A DNA stretch of 64,000 nt, from the NCBI GenBank assembly GCA_964057225.1, contig OZ059900.1, forward strand, positions 15,190,001-15,254,000, written 5' to 3'. The notes under the pieces are model-generated. The model saw nothing but the letters and a program-made list of their open reading frames with translations, ran no database searches and was not told where the DNA came from. Shown one piece after another: positions 42,001-54,719 of this stretch. The position numbers were made by a program, and so were the translations under genes. This DNA comes from Auanema rhodensis (taxonomy: Eukaryota > Animalia > Nematoda). Every line of letters starts with the position of its first letter. Within the stretch, counting starts at the first letter, position 1.

Positions 42001-44457
42001 GACAAAAAAACAGGGGTTAGAAAATTAAGGAAATTAGCATATTCTGAGGGCACGCCCTTTATGGCTAATATTGATTAAATCGATTTTTGTTCATATGAGT
42101 CGTCAAATGCAACGAATTTCAGCGTGTTACATACTAAAATGAAGCATTTTACATGCTGAACACTATAAAAATACAAAAACACAGTATTTCCCATGAGAAA
42201 TATTTTATTATGCTGGAAAACCAGTTTTTGGAAATTTCGCTGTAAACAAGGTTTTGACTTACGATTTCATGTGTTCAAACTCATGCAATGTCAATGAAAC
42301 CTAGCTCAAAATTGTTTGTACAACGTCTAGTTCCACTTTCACGACAAAAAAACAGGGGTTAGAAAATTAAGGAAATTAGCATATTCTGAGGGCACGCCCC
42401 TTATGGCTAATATTGATTAAATCGATTTTTGTTCATATGAGTCGTCAAATGCAACGAATTTCAGCGTGTTACATACTAAAATGAAGCATTTCACATGCTG
42501 AACACTAGAAAAATACAAAAACACAGTATTTCCCATGAGAAATATTTTATTATGCTGGAAAACCAGTTTTTGGAAATTTCGCTGTAAACAAGTTTTTGAC
42601 TTACGATTTCATGTGTTCAAACTCATGCAATGTCAATGAAACCTAGCTCAAAATTGTTCCTACAACGTCTAGTTCCACTTTCACGACAAAAAAACAGGGG
42701 TTAGAAAATTAAGGAAATTAGCATATTCTGAGGGCACGCCCCTTATGGCTAATATTGATTAAATCGATTTTTGTTCATATGAGTCGTCAAATGCAACGAA
42801 TTTCAGCGTGTTACATACTAAAATGAAGCATTTTACATGCTGAACACTAGAAAAATACAAAAACACAGTATTTCTCATGAGAAATATTTTATTATGCTGG
42901 AAAACCAGTTTTTGGAAATTTCGCTGTAAACAAGGTTTTGACTTACGATTTCATGTGTTCAAACTCATGCAATGTCAATGAAACCTAGCTCAAAATTGTT
43001 TGTACAACGTCTAGTTCCACTTTCACGACAAAAAAACAGGGGTTAGAAAATTAAGGAAATTAGCATATTCTGAGGGCACGCCCCTTATGGCTAATATTGA
43101 TTAAATCGATTTTTGTTCATATGAGTAGTCAAATGCAACGAATTTCAGCGTGTTACATACTGAAATGAAGCATTTTACATGCTGAACACTAGAAAAATAC
43201 AAAAACACAGTATTTCCCATGAGAAATATTTTATTATGCTGGAAAACCAGTTTTTGGAATTTTCGCTGTAAACAAGGTTTTGACTTACGATTTCATGTGT
43301 TCAAACTCATGCAATGTCAATGAAACCTAGCTCAAAATTGTTTGTACAACGTCTAGTTCCACTTTCACGACAAAAAAACAGGGGTTAGAAAATTAAGGAA
43401 ATTAGCATATTCTGAGGGCACGCCCCTTATGGCTAATATTGATTAAATCGATTTTTGTTCATATGAGTCGTCAAATGCAACGAATTTCAGCGTGTTACAT
43501 ACTAAAATGAAGCATTTTACATGCTGAACACTAGAAAAATACAAAAACACAGTATTTCCCATGAGAAATATTTTATTATGCTGGAAAACCAGTTTTTGGA
43601 AATTTCGCTGTAAACAAGGTTTTGACATACGATTTCATGTGTTCAAACTCATGCAATGTCAATGAAACCTAGCTCAAAATTGTTCGTACAACGTCTGGTT
43701 CCACTTTCACGACAAAAAAACAGGGGTTAGAAAATTTAGGAAATTAGCATATTCTGAGGGCACGCCCCTTATGGCTAATATTGATTAAATCGATTTTTGT
43801 TCATATGAGTCGTCAAATGCAACGAATTTCAGCGTGTTACATACTAAAATGAAGTATTTTACATGCTGAACACTAGAAAAATACAAAAACACAGTATTTC
43901 CCATGAGAAATATTTTATTATGCTGGAAAACCAGTTTTTGGAATTTTCGCTGTAAACAAGGTTTTGACTTACGATTTCATGTGTTCAAACTCATGCAATG
44001 TCAATGAAACCTAGCTCAAAATTGTTCGTACAACGTCTAAATCACTTTCACGACAAAAAAACAGGGGTTAGAAAATTAAGGAAATTAGCATATTCTGAGG
44101 GCACGCCCCTTATGGCTAATATTGATTAAATCGATTTTTGTTCATATGAGTCGTCAAATGCAACGAATTTCAGCGTGTTACATACTAAAATGAAGCATTT
44201 TACATGCTGAACACTAGAAAAATACAAAAACACAGTATTTCCCATGAGAAATATTTTATTATGCTGGAAAACCAGTTTTTGGAATTTTCGCTGTAAACAA
44301 GGTTTTGACTTACGATTTCATGTGTTCAAACTCATGCAATGTCAATGAAACCTAGCTCAAAATTGTTCGTACAACGTCTAGTTCCACTTTCACGACAAAA
44401 AAACAGGGGTTAGAAAATTAAGGAAATTAGCATATTCTGAGGGCACGCCCTTTATGG

Positions 44458-45825
44458 CTAATATTGATTAAATCGATTTTTGTTCATATGAGTCGTCAAA
44501 TGCAACGAATTTCAGCGTGTTACATACTAAAATGAAGCATTTTACATGCTGAACACTAGAAAAATACAAAAACACAGTATTTCCCATGAGAAATATTTTA
44601 TTATGCTGGAAAACCAGTTTTTGGAAATTTCGCTGTAAACAAGTTTTTGACTTACGATTTCATGTGTTCAAACTCATGCAATGTCAATGAAACCTAGCTC
44701 AAAATTGTTCCTACAACGTCTAGTTCCACTTTCACGACAAAAAAACAGGAGTTAGAAAATTAAGGAAATTAGCATATTCTGAGGGCACGCCTCTTATGGC
44801 TAATATTGATTAAATCGATTTTTGTTCATATGAGTCGTCAAATGCAACGAATTTCAGCGTGTTACATACTAAAATGAAGCATTTTACATGCTGAACACTA
44901 TCAAAATACAAAAACACAGTATTTCCCATGAGAAATATTTTATTATGCTGGAAAACCAGTTTTTGGAAATTTCGCTGTAAACAAGGTTTTGACTTACGAT
45001 TTCATGTGTTCAAACTCATGCAATGTCAATGAAACCTAGCTCAAAATTGTTCCTACAACGTCTAGTTCCACTTTCACGACAAAAAACAGGGGTTAGAAAA
45101 TTAAGGAAATTAGCATATTCTGAGGGCACGCCTCTTATGGCTAATATTGATTAAATCGATTTTTGTTCATATGAGTCGTCAAATGCAACGAATTTCAGCG
45201 TGTTACATACTAAAATGAAGCATTTTACATGCTGAACACTATAAAAATACAAAAACACAGTATTTCCCATGAGAAATATTTTATTATGCTGGAAAACCAG
45301 TTTTTGGAAATTTCGCTGTAAACAAGGTTTTGACTTACGATTTCATGTGTTCAAACTCATGCAATGTCAATGAAACCTAGCTCAAAATTGTTCCTACAAC
45401 GTCTAGTTCCACTTTCACGACAAAAAAAACAGGGGTTAGAAAATTAAGGAAATTAGCATATTCTGAGGGCACGCCCCTTATGGCTAATATTGATTAAATC
45501 GATTTTTGTTCATATGAGTCGTCAAATGCAACGAACTTCAGCGTGTTACATACTAAAATGAAGCATTTTACATGCTGAACACTAGAAAAATACAAAAACA
45601 CAGTATTTCCCATGAGAAATATTTTATTATGCTGGAAAACCAGTTTTTGGAAATTTCGCTGTAAACAAGGTTTTGACTTACGATTTCATGTGTTCAAACT
45701 CATGCAATGTCAATGAAACCTAGCTCAAAATTGTTCCTACAACGTCTAGTTCCACTTTCACGACAACAAAACAGGGGTTAGAAAATTAAGGAAATTAGCA
45801 TATTCTGAGGGCACGCCCCTTATGG
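44458..45825. repeat. 4-monomer variant cassette, copy 1 of 3 (M131-134)
   Basis: AAGTTTT/CAGGAG/CCTCTT monomer, then an A6/CCTCTT monomer, an A8 monomer and a GAACTTC/CAACAAA monomer. Confidence 0.85.
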
Positions 45826-46509
45826 CTAATATTGATTAAATCGATTTTTGTTCATATGAGTCGTCAAATGCAACGAATTTCAGCGTGTTACATACTAAAA
45901 TGAAGTATTTTACATGCTGAACACTAGAAAAATACAAAAACACAGTATTTCTCATGAGAAATATTTTATTATGCTGGAAAACCAGTTTTTGGAAATTTCG
46001 CTGTAAACAAGGTTTTGACTTACGATTTCATGTGTTCAAACTCATGCAATGTCAATGAAACCTAGCTCAAAATTGTTTGTACAACGTCTAGTTCCACTTT
46101 CACGACAAAAAAACAGGGGTTAGAAAATTAAGGAAATTAGCATATTCTGAGGGCACGCCCCTTATGGCTAATATTGATTAAATCGATTTTTGTTCATATG
46201 AGTCGTCAAATGCAACGAATTTCAGCGTGTTACATACTAAAATGAAGCATTTTACATGCTGAACACTAGAAAAATACAAAAACACAGTATTTCCCATGAG
46301 AAATATTTTATTATGCTGGAAAACCAGGTTTTGGAAATTTCGCTGTAAACAAGGTTTTGACTTACGATTTCATGTGTTCAAACTCATGCAATGTCAATGA
46401 AACCTAGCTCAAAATTGTTCGTACAACGTCTAGTTCCACTTTCACGACAAAAAAACAGGGGTTAGAAAATTTAGGAAATTAGCATATTCTGAGGGCACGC
46501 CCCTTATGG

Positions 46510-47877
46510 CTAATATTGATTAAATCGATTTTTGTTCATATGAGTCGTCAAATGCAACGAATTTCAGCGTGTTACATACTAAAATGAAGCATTTCACATG
46601 CTGAACACTAGAAAAATACAAAAACACAGTATTTCCCATGAGAAATATTTTATTATGCTGGAAAACCAGTTTTTGGAAATTTCGCTGTAAACAAGTTTTT
46701 GACTTACGATTTCATGTGTTCAAACTCATGCAATGTCAATGAAACCTAGCTCAAAATTGTTCCTACAACGTCTAGTTCCACTTTCACGACAAAAAAACAG
46801 GAGTTAGAAAATTAAGGAAATTAGCATATTCTGAGGGCACGCCTCTTATGGCTAATATTGATTAAATCGATTTTTGTTCATATGAGTCGTCAAATGCAAC
46901 GAATTTCAGCGTGTTACATACTAAAATGAAGCATTTTACATGCTGAACACTATAAAAATACAAAAACACAGTATTTCCCATGAGAAATATTTTATTATGC
47001 TGGAAAACCAGTTTTTGGAAATTTCGCTGTAAACAAGGTTTTGACTTACGATTTCATGTGTTCAAACTCATGCAATGTCAATGAAACCTAGCTCAAAATT
47101 GTTCCTACAACGTCTAGTTCCACTTTCACGACAAAAAACAGGGGTTAGAAAATTAAGGAAATTAGCATATTCTGAGGGCACGCCTCTTATGGCTAATATT
47201 GATTAAATCGATTTTTGTTCATATGAGTCGTCAAATGCAACGAATTTCAGCGTGTTACATACTAAAATGAAGCATTTTACATGCTGAACACTATAAAAAT
47301 ACAAAAACACAGTATTTCCCATGAGAAATATTTTATTATGCTGGAAAACCAGTTTTTGGAAATTTCGCTGTAAACAAGGTTTTGACTTACGATTTCATGT
47401 GTTCAAACTCATGCAATGTCAATGAAACCTAGCTCAAAATTGTTCCTACAACGTCTAGTTCCACTTTCACGACAAAAAAAACAGGGGTTAGAAAATTAAG
47501 GAAATTAGCATATTCTGAGGGCACGCCCCTTATGGCTAATATTGATTAAATCGATTTTTGTTCATATGAGTCGTCAAATGCAACGAACTTCAGCGTGTTA
47601 CATACTAAAATGAAACATTTTACATGCTGAACACTAGAAAAATACAAAAACACAGTATTTCCCATGAGAAATATTTTATTATGCTGGAAAACCAGTTTTT
47701 GGAAATTTCGCTGTAAACAAGGTTTTGACTTACGATTTCATGTGTTCAAACTCATGCAATGTCAATGAAACCTAGCTCAAAATTGTTCCTACAACGTCTA
47801 GTTCCACTTTCACGACAACAAAACAGGGGTTAGAAAATTAAGGAAATTAGCATATTCTGAGGGCACGCCCCTTATGG
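46510..47877. repeat. 4-monomer variant cassette, copy 2 of 3 (M137-140)
   Basis: Same private variants and order as 44458-45825, offset 2052 bp (6 monomers). Confidence 0.85.
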
Positions 47878-50800
47878 CTAATATTGATTAAATCGATTTT
47901 TGTTCATATGAGTCGTCAAATGCAACGAATTTCAGCGTGTTACATACTAAAATGAAGCATTTCACATGCTGAACACTAGAAAAATACAAAAACACAGTAT
48001 TTCTCATGAGAAATATTTTATTATGCTGGAAAACCAGTTTTTGGAAATTTCGCTGTAAACAAGGTTTTGACTTACGATTTCATGTGTTCAAACTCATGCA
48101 ATGTCAATGAAACCTAGCTCAAAATTGTTTGTACAACGTCTAGTTCCACTTTCACGACAAAAAAACAGGGGTTACAAAAAATTAAGGAAATTAGCATATT
48201 CTGAGGGCACGCCCCTTATGGCTAATATTGATTAAATCGATTTTTGTTCATATGAGTAGTCAAATGCAACGAATTTCAGCGTGTTACATACTAAAATGAA
48301 GCATTTTACATGCTGAACACTAGAAAAATACAAAAACACAGTATTTCCCATGAGAAATATTTTATTATGCTGGAAAACCAGTTTTTGGAAATTTCGCTGT
48401 AAACAAGGTTTTGACTTACGATTTCATGTGTTCAAACTCATGCAATGTCAATGAAACCTAGCTCAAAATTGTTCCTACAACGTCTAATTCCACTTTCACG
48501 ACAAAAAAACCGGGGTTAGAAAATTAAGGAAATTAGCATATTCTGAGGGCACGCCCCTTATGGCTAATATTGATTAAATCGATTTTTGTTCATATGAGTC
48601 GTCAAATGCAACGAATTTCAGCGTGTTACATACTAAAATGAAGCATTTCACATGCTGAACACTAGAAAAATACAAAAACACAGTATTTCCCATGAGAAAT
48701 ATTTTATTATGCTGGAAAACCAGTTTTTGGAAATTTCGCTGTAAACAAGGTTTTGACTTACGATTTCATGTGTTCAAACTCATGCAATGTCAATGAAACC
48801 TAGCTCAAAATTGTTCCTACAACGTCTAGTTCCACTTTCACGACAAAAAAACAGGGGTTAGAAAATTAAGGAAATTAGCATATTCTGAGGGCACGCCCCT
48901 TATGGCTAATATTGATTAAATCGATTTTTGTTCATATGAGTCGTCAAATGCAACGAATTTCAGCGTGTTACATACTAAAATGAAGCATTTTACATGCTGA
49001 ACACTAGAAAAATACAAAAACACAGTATTTCCCATGAGAAATATTTTATTATGCTGGAAAACCAGTTTTTGGAAATTTCGCTGTAAACAAGGTTTTGACT
49101 TACGATTTCATGTGTTCAAACTCATGCAATGTCAATGAAACCTAGCTCAAAATTGTTCCTACAACGTCTAGTTCCACTTTCACGACAAAAAAACAGGGGT
49201 TAGAAAATTAATGAAATTAGCATATTCTGAGGGCACGCCCCTTATGGCTAATATTGATTAAATCGATTTTTGTTCATATGAGTCGTCAAATGCAACGAAT
49301 TTCATCGTGTTACATACTAAAATGAAGCATTTTACATGCTGAACACTAGAAAAATACAAAAACACAGTATTTCTCATGAGAAATATTTTATTATGCTGGA
49401 AAACCAGTTTTTGGAAATTTCGCTGTAAACAAGGTTTTGACTTACGATTTCATGTGTTCAAACTCATGCAATGTCAATGAAACCTAGCTCAAAATTGTTT
49501 GTACAACGTCTAGTTCCACTTTCACGACAAAAAAACAGGGGTTAGAAAATTAAGGAAATTAGCATATTCTGAGGGCACGCCCCTTATGGCTAATATTGAT
49601 TAAATCGATTTTTGTTCATATGAGTAGTCAAATGCAACGAATTTCAGCGTGTTACATACTGAAATGAAGCATTTTACATGCTGAACACTAGAAAAATACA
49701 AAAACACAGTATTTCCCATGAGAAATATTTTATTATGCTGGAAAACCAGTTTTTGGAATTTTCGCTGTAAACAAGGTTTTGACTTACGATTTCATGTGTT
49801 CAAACTCATGCAATGTCAATGAAACCTAGCTCAAAATTGTTCCTACAACGTCTAGTTCCACTTTCACGACAAAAAAACAGGGGTTAGAAAATTAATGAAA
49901 TTAGCATATTCTGAGGGCACGCCCCTTATGGCTAATATTGATTAAATCGATTTTTGTTCATATGAGTCGTCAAATGCAACGAATTTCATCGTGTTACATA
50001 CTAAAATGAAGCATTTTACATGCTGAACACTAGAAAAATACAAAAACACAGTATTTCTCATGAGAAATATTTTATTATGCTGGAAAACCAGTTTTTGGAA
50101 ATTTCGCTGTAAACAAGGTTTTGACTTACGATTTCATGTGTTCAAACTCATGCAATGTCAATGAAACCTAGCTCAAAATTGTTTGTACAACGTCTAGTTC
50201 CACTTTCACGACAAAAAAACAGGGGTTAGAAAATTAAGGAAATTAGCATATTCTGAGGGCACGCCCCTTATGGCTAATATTGATTAAATCGATTTTTGTT
50301 CATATGAGTAGTCAAATGCAACGAATTTCAGCGTGTTACATACTGAAATGAAGCATTTTACATGCTGAACACTAGAAAAATACAAAAACACAGTATTTCC
50401 CATGAGAAATATTTTATTATGCTGGAAAACCAGTTTTTGGAAATTTCGCTGTAAACAAGGTTTTGACATACGATTTCATGTGTTCAAACTCATGCAATGT
50501 CAATGAAACCTAGCTCAAAATTGTTCGTACAACGTCTGGTTCCACTTTCACGACAAAAAAACAGGGGTTAGAAAATTTAGGAAATTAGCATATTCTGAGG
50601 GCACGCCCCTTATGGCTAATATTGATTAAATCGATTTTTGTTCATATGAGTCGTCAAATGCAACGAATTTCAGCGTGTTACATACTAAAATGAAGTATTT
50701 TACATGCTGAACACTAGAAAAATACAAAAACACAGTATTTCCCATGAGAAATATTTTATTATGCTGGAAAACCAGTTTTTGGAATTTTCGCTGTAAACAA

Positions 50801-51641
50801 GGTTTTGACTTACGATTTCATGTGTTCAAACTCATGCAATGTCAATGAAACCTAGCTCAAAATTGTTCGTACAACGTCTAGTTCCACTTTCACGACAAAA
50901 AAACAGGGGTTAGAAAATTAAGGAAATTAGCATATTCTGAGGGCACGCCCCTTATGGCTAATATTGATTAAATCGATTTTTGTTCATATGAGTCGTCAAA
51001 TGCAACGAATTTCAGCGTGTTACATACTAAAATGAAGCATTTTACATGCTGAACACTAGAAAAATACAAAAACACAGTATTTCCCATGAGAAATATTTTA
51101 TTATGCTGGAAAACCAGTTTTTGGAATTTTCGCTGTAAACAAGGTTTTGACTTACGATTTCATGTGTTCAAACTCATGCAATGTCAATGAAACCTAGCTC
51201 AAAATTGTTCGTACAACGTCTAGTTCCACTTTCACGACAAAAAAACAGGGGTTAGAAAATTAAGGAAATTAGCATATTCTGAGGGCACGCCCTTTATGGC
51301 TAATATTGATTAAATCGATTTTTGTTCATATGAGTCGTCAAATGCAACGAATTTCAGCGTGTTACATACTAAAATGAAGCATTTTACATGCTGAACACTA
51401 GAAAAATACAAAAACACAGTATTTCCCATGAGAAATATTTTATTATGCTGGAAAACCAGGTTTTGGAAATTTCGCTGTAAACAAGGTTTTGACTTACGAT
51501 TTCATGTGTTCAAACTCATGCAATGTCAATGAAACCTAGCTCAAAATTGTTCGTACAACGTCTAGTTCCACTTTCACGACAAAAAAACAGGGGTTAGAAA
51601 ATTTAGGAAATTAGCATATTCTGAGGGCACGCCCCTTATGG

Positions 51642-53009
51642 CTAATATTGATTAAATCGATTTTTGTTCATATGAGTCGTCAAATGCAACGAATTTCAGC
51701 GTGTTACATACTAAAATGAAGCATTTCACATGCTGAACACTAGAAAAATACAAAAACACAGTATTTCCCATGAGAAATATTTTATTATGCTGGAAAACCA
51801 GTTTTTGGAAATTTCGCTGTAAACAAGTTTTTGACTTACGATTTCATGTGTTCAAACTCATGCAATGTCAATGAAACCTAGCTCAAAATTGTTCCTACAA
51901 CGTCTAGTTCCACTTTCACGACAAAAAAACAGGAGTTAGAAAATTAAGGAAATTAGCATATTCTGAGGGCACGCCTCTTATGGCTAATATTGATTAAATC
52001 GATTTTTGTTCATATGAGTCGTCAAATGCAACGAATTTCAGCGTGTTACATACTAAAATGAAGCATTTTACATGCTGAACACTATAAAAATACAAAAACA
52101 CAGTATTTCCCATGAGAAATATTTTATTATGCTGGAAAACCAGTTTTTGGAAATTTCGCTGTAAACAAGGTTTTGACTTACGATTTCATGTGTTCAAACT
52201 CATGCAATGTCAATGAAACCTAGCTCAAAATTGTTCCTACAACGTCTAGTTCCACTTTCACGACAAAAAACAGGGGTTAGAAAATTAAGGAAATTAGCAT
52301 ATTCTGAGGGCACGCCTCTTATGGCTAATATTGATTAAATCGATTTTTGTTCATATGAGTCGTCAAATGCAACGAATTTCAGCGTGTTACATACTAAAAT
52401 GAAGCATTTTACATGCTGAACACTATAAAAATACAAAAACACAGTATTTCCCATGAGAAATATTTTATTATGCTGGAAAACCAGTTTTTGGAAATTTCGC
52501 TGTAAACAAGGTTTTGACTTACGATTTCATGTGTTCAAACTCATGCAATGTCAATGAAACCTAGCTCAAAATTGTTCCTACAACGTCTAGTTCCACTTTC
52601 ACGACAAAAAAAACAGGGGTTAGAAAATTAAGGAAATTAGCATATTCTGAGGGCACGCCCCTTATGGCTAATATTGATTAAATCGATTTTTGTTCATATG
52701 AGTCGTCAAATGCAACGAACTTCAGCGTGTTACATACTAAAATGAAGCATTTTACATGCTGAACACTAGAAAAATACAAAAACACAGTATTTCCCATGAG
52801 AAATATTTTATTATGCTGGAAAACCAGTTTTTGGAAATTTCGCTGTAAACAAGGTTTTGACTTACGATTTCATGTGTTCAAACTCATGCAATGTCAATGA
52901 AACCTAGCTCAAAATTGTTCCTACAACGTCTAGTTCCACTTTCACGACAACAAAACAGGGGTTAGAAAATTAAGGAAATTAGCATATTCTGAGGGCACGC
53001 CCCTTATGG
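51642..53009. repeat. 4-monomer variant cassette, copy 3 of 3 (M152-155)
   Basis: Same private variants and order, offset 5132 bp from copy 2. Confidence 0.85.
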
Positions 53010-54719
53010 CTAATATTGATTAAATCGATTTTTGTTCATATGAGTCGTCAAATGCAACGAATTTCAGCGTGTTACATACTAAAATGAAGCATTTTACATG
53101 CTGAACACTAGAAAAATACAAAAACACAGTATTTCTCATGAGAAATATTTTATTATGCTGGAAAACCAGTTTTTGGAAATTTCGCTGTAAACAAGGTTTT
53201 GACTTACGATTTCATGTGTTCAAACTCATGCAATGTCAATGAAACCTAGCTCAAAATTGTTTGTACAACGTCTAGTTCCACTTTCACGACAAAAAAACAG
53301 GGGTTAGAAAATTAAGGAAATTAGCATATTCTGAGGGCACGCCCCTTATGGCTAATATTGATTAAATCGATTTTTGTTCATATGAGTAGTCAAATGCAAC
53401 GAATTTCAGCGTGTTACATACTAAAATGAAGCATTTTACATGCTGAACACTAGAAAAATACAAAAACACAGTATTTCCCATGAGAAATATTTTATTATGC
53501 TGGAAAACCAGTTTTTGGAAATTTCGCTGTAAACAAGGTTTTGACTTACGATTTCATGTGTTCAAACTCATGCAATGTCAATGAAACCTAGCTCAAAATT
53601 GTTCCTACAACGTCTAATTCCACTTTCACGACAAAAAAACCGGGGTTAGAAAATTAAGGAAATTAGCATATTCTGAGGGCACGCCCCTTATGGCTAATAT
53701 TGATTAAATCGATTTTTGTTCATATGAGTCGTCAAATGCAACGAATTTCAGCGTGTTACATACTAAAATGAAGCATTTCACATGCTGAACACTAGAAAAA
53801 TACAAAAACACAGTATTTCCCATGAGAAATATTTTATTATGCTGGAAAACCAGTTTTTGGAAATTTCGCTGTAAACAAGGTTTTGACTTACGATTTCATG
53901 TGTTCAAACTCATGCAATGTCAATGAAACCTAGCTCAAAATTGTTCCTACAACGTCTAGTTCCACTTTCACGACAAAAAAACAGGGGTTAGAAAATTAAG
54001 GAAATTAGCATATTCTGAGGGCACGCCCCTTATGGCTAATATTGATTAAATCGATTTTTGTTCATATGAGTCGTCAAATGCAACGAATTTCAGCGTGTTA
54101 CATACTAAAATGAAGCATTTTACATGCTGAACAGTAGAAAAATACAAAAACACAGTATTTCCCATGAGAAATATTTTATTATGCTGGAAAACCAGTTTTT
54201 GGAAATTTCGCTGTAAACAAGGTTTTGACTTACGATTTCATGTGTTCAAACTCATGCAATGTCAATGAAACCTAGCTCAAAATTGTTCCTACAACGTCTA
54301 GTTCCACTTTCACGACAAAAAAACAGGGGTTAGAAAATTAATGAAATTAGCATATTCTGAGGGCACGCCCCTTATGGCTAATATTGATTAAATCGATTTT
54401 TGTTCATATGAGTCGTCAAATGCAACGAATTTCATCGTGTTACATACTAAAATGAAGCATTTTACATGCTGAACACTAGAAAAATACAAAAACACAGTAT
54501 TTCTCATGAGAAATATTTTATTATGCTGGAAAACCAGTTTTTGGAAATTTCGCTGTAAACAAGGTTTTGACTTACGATTTCATGTGTTCAAACTCATGCA
54601 ATGTCAATGAAACCTAGCTCAAAATTGTTCCTACAACGTCTAGTTCCACTTTCATGACAAAAAAACAGGGGTTAGAAAATTAAGGAAATTAGCATATTCT
54701 GAGGGCACGCCCCTTATGG

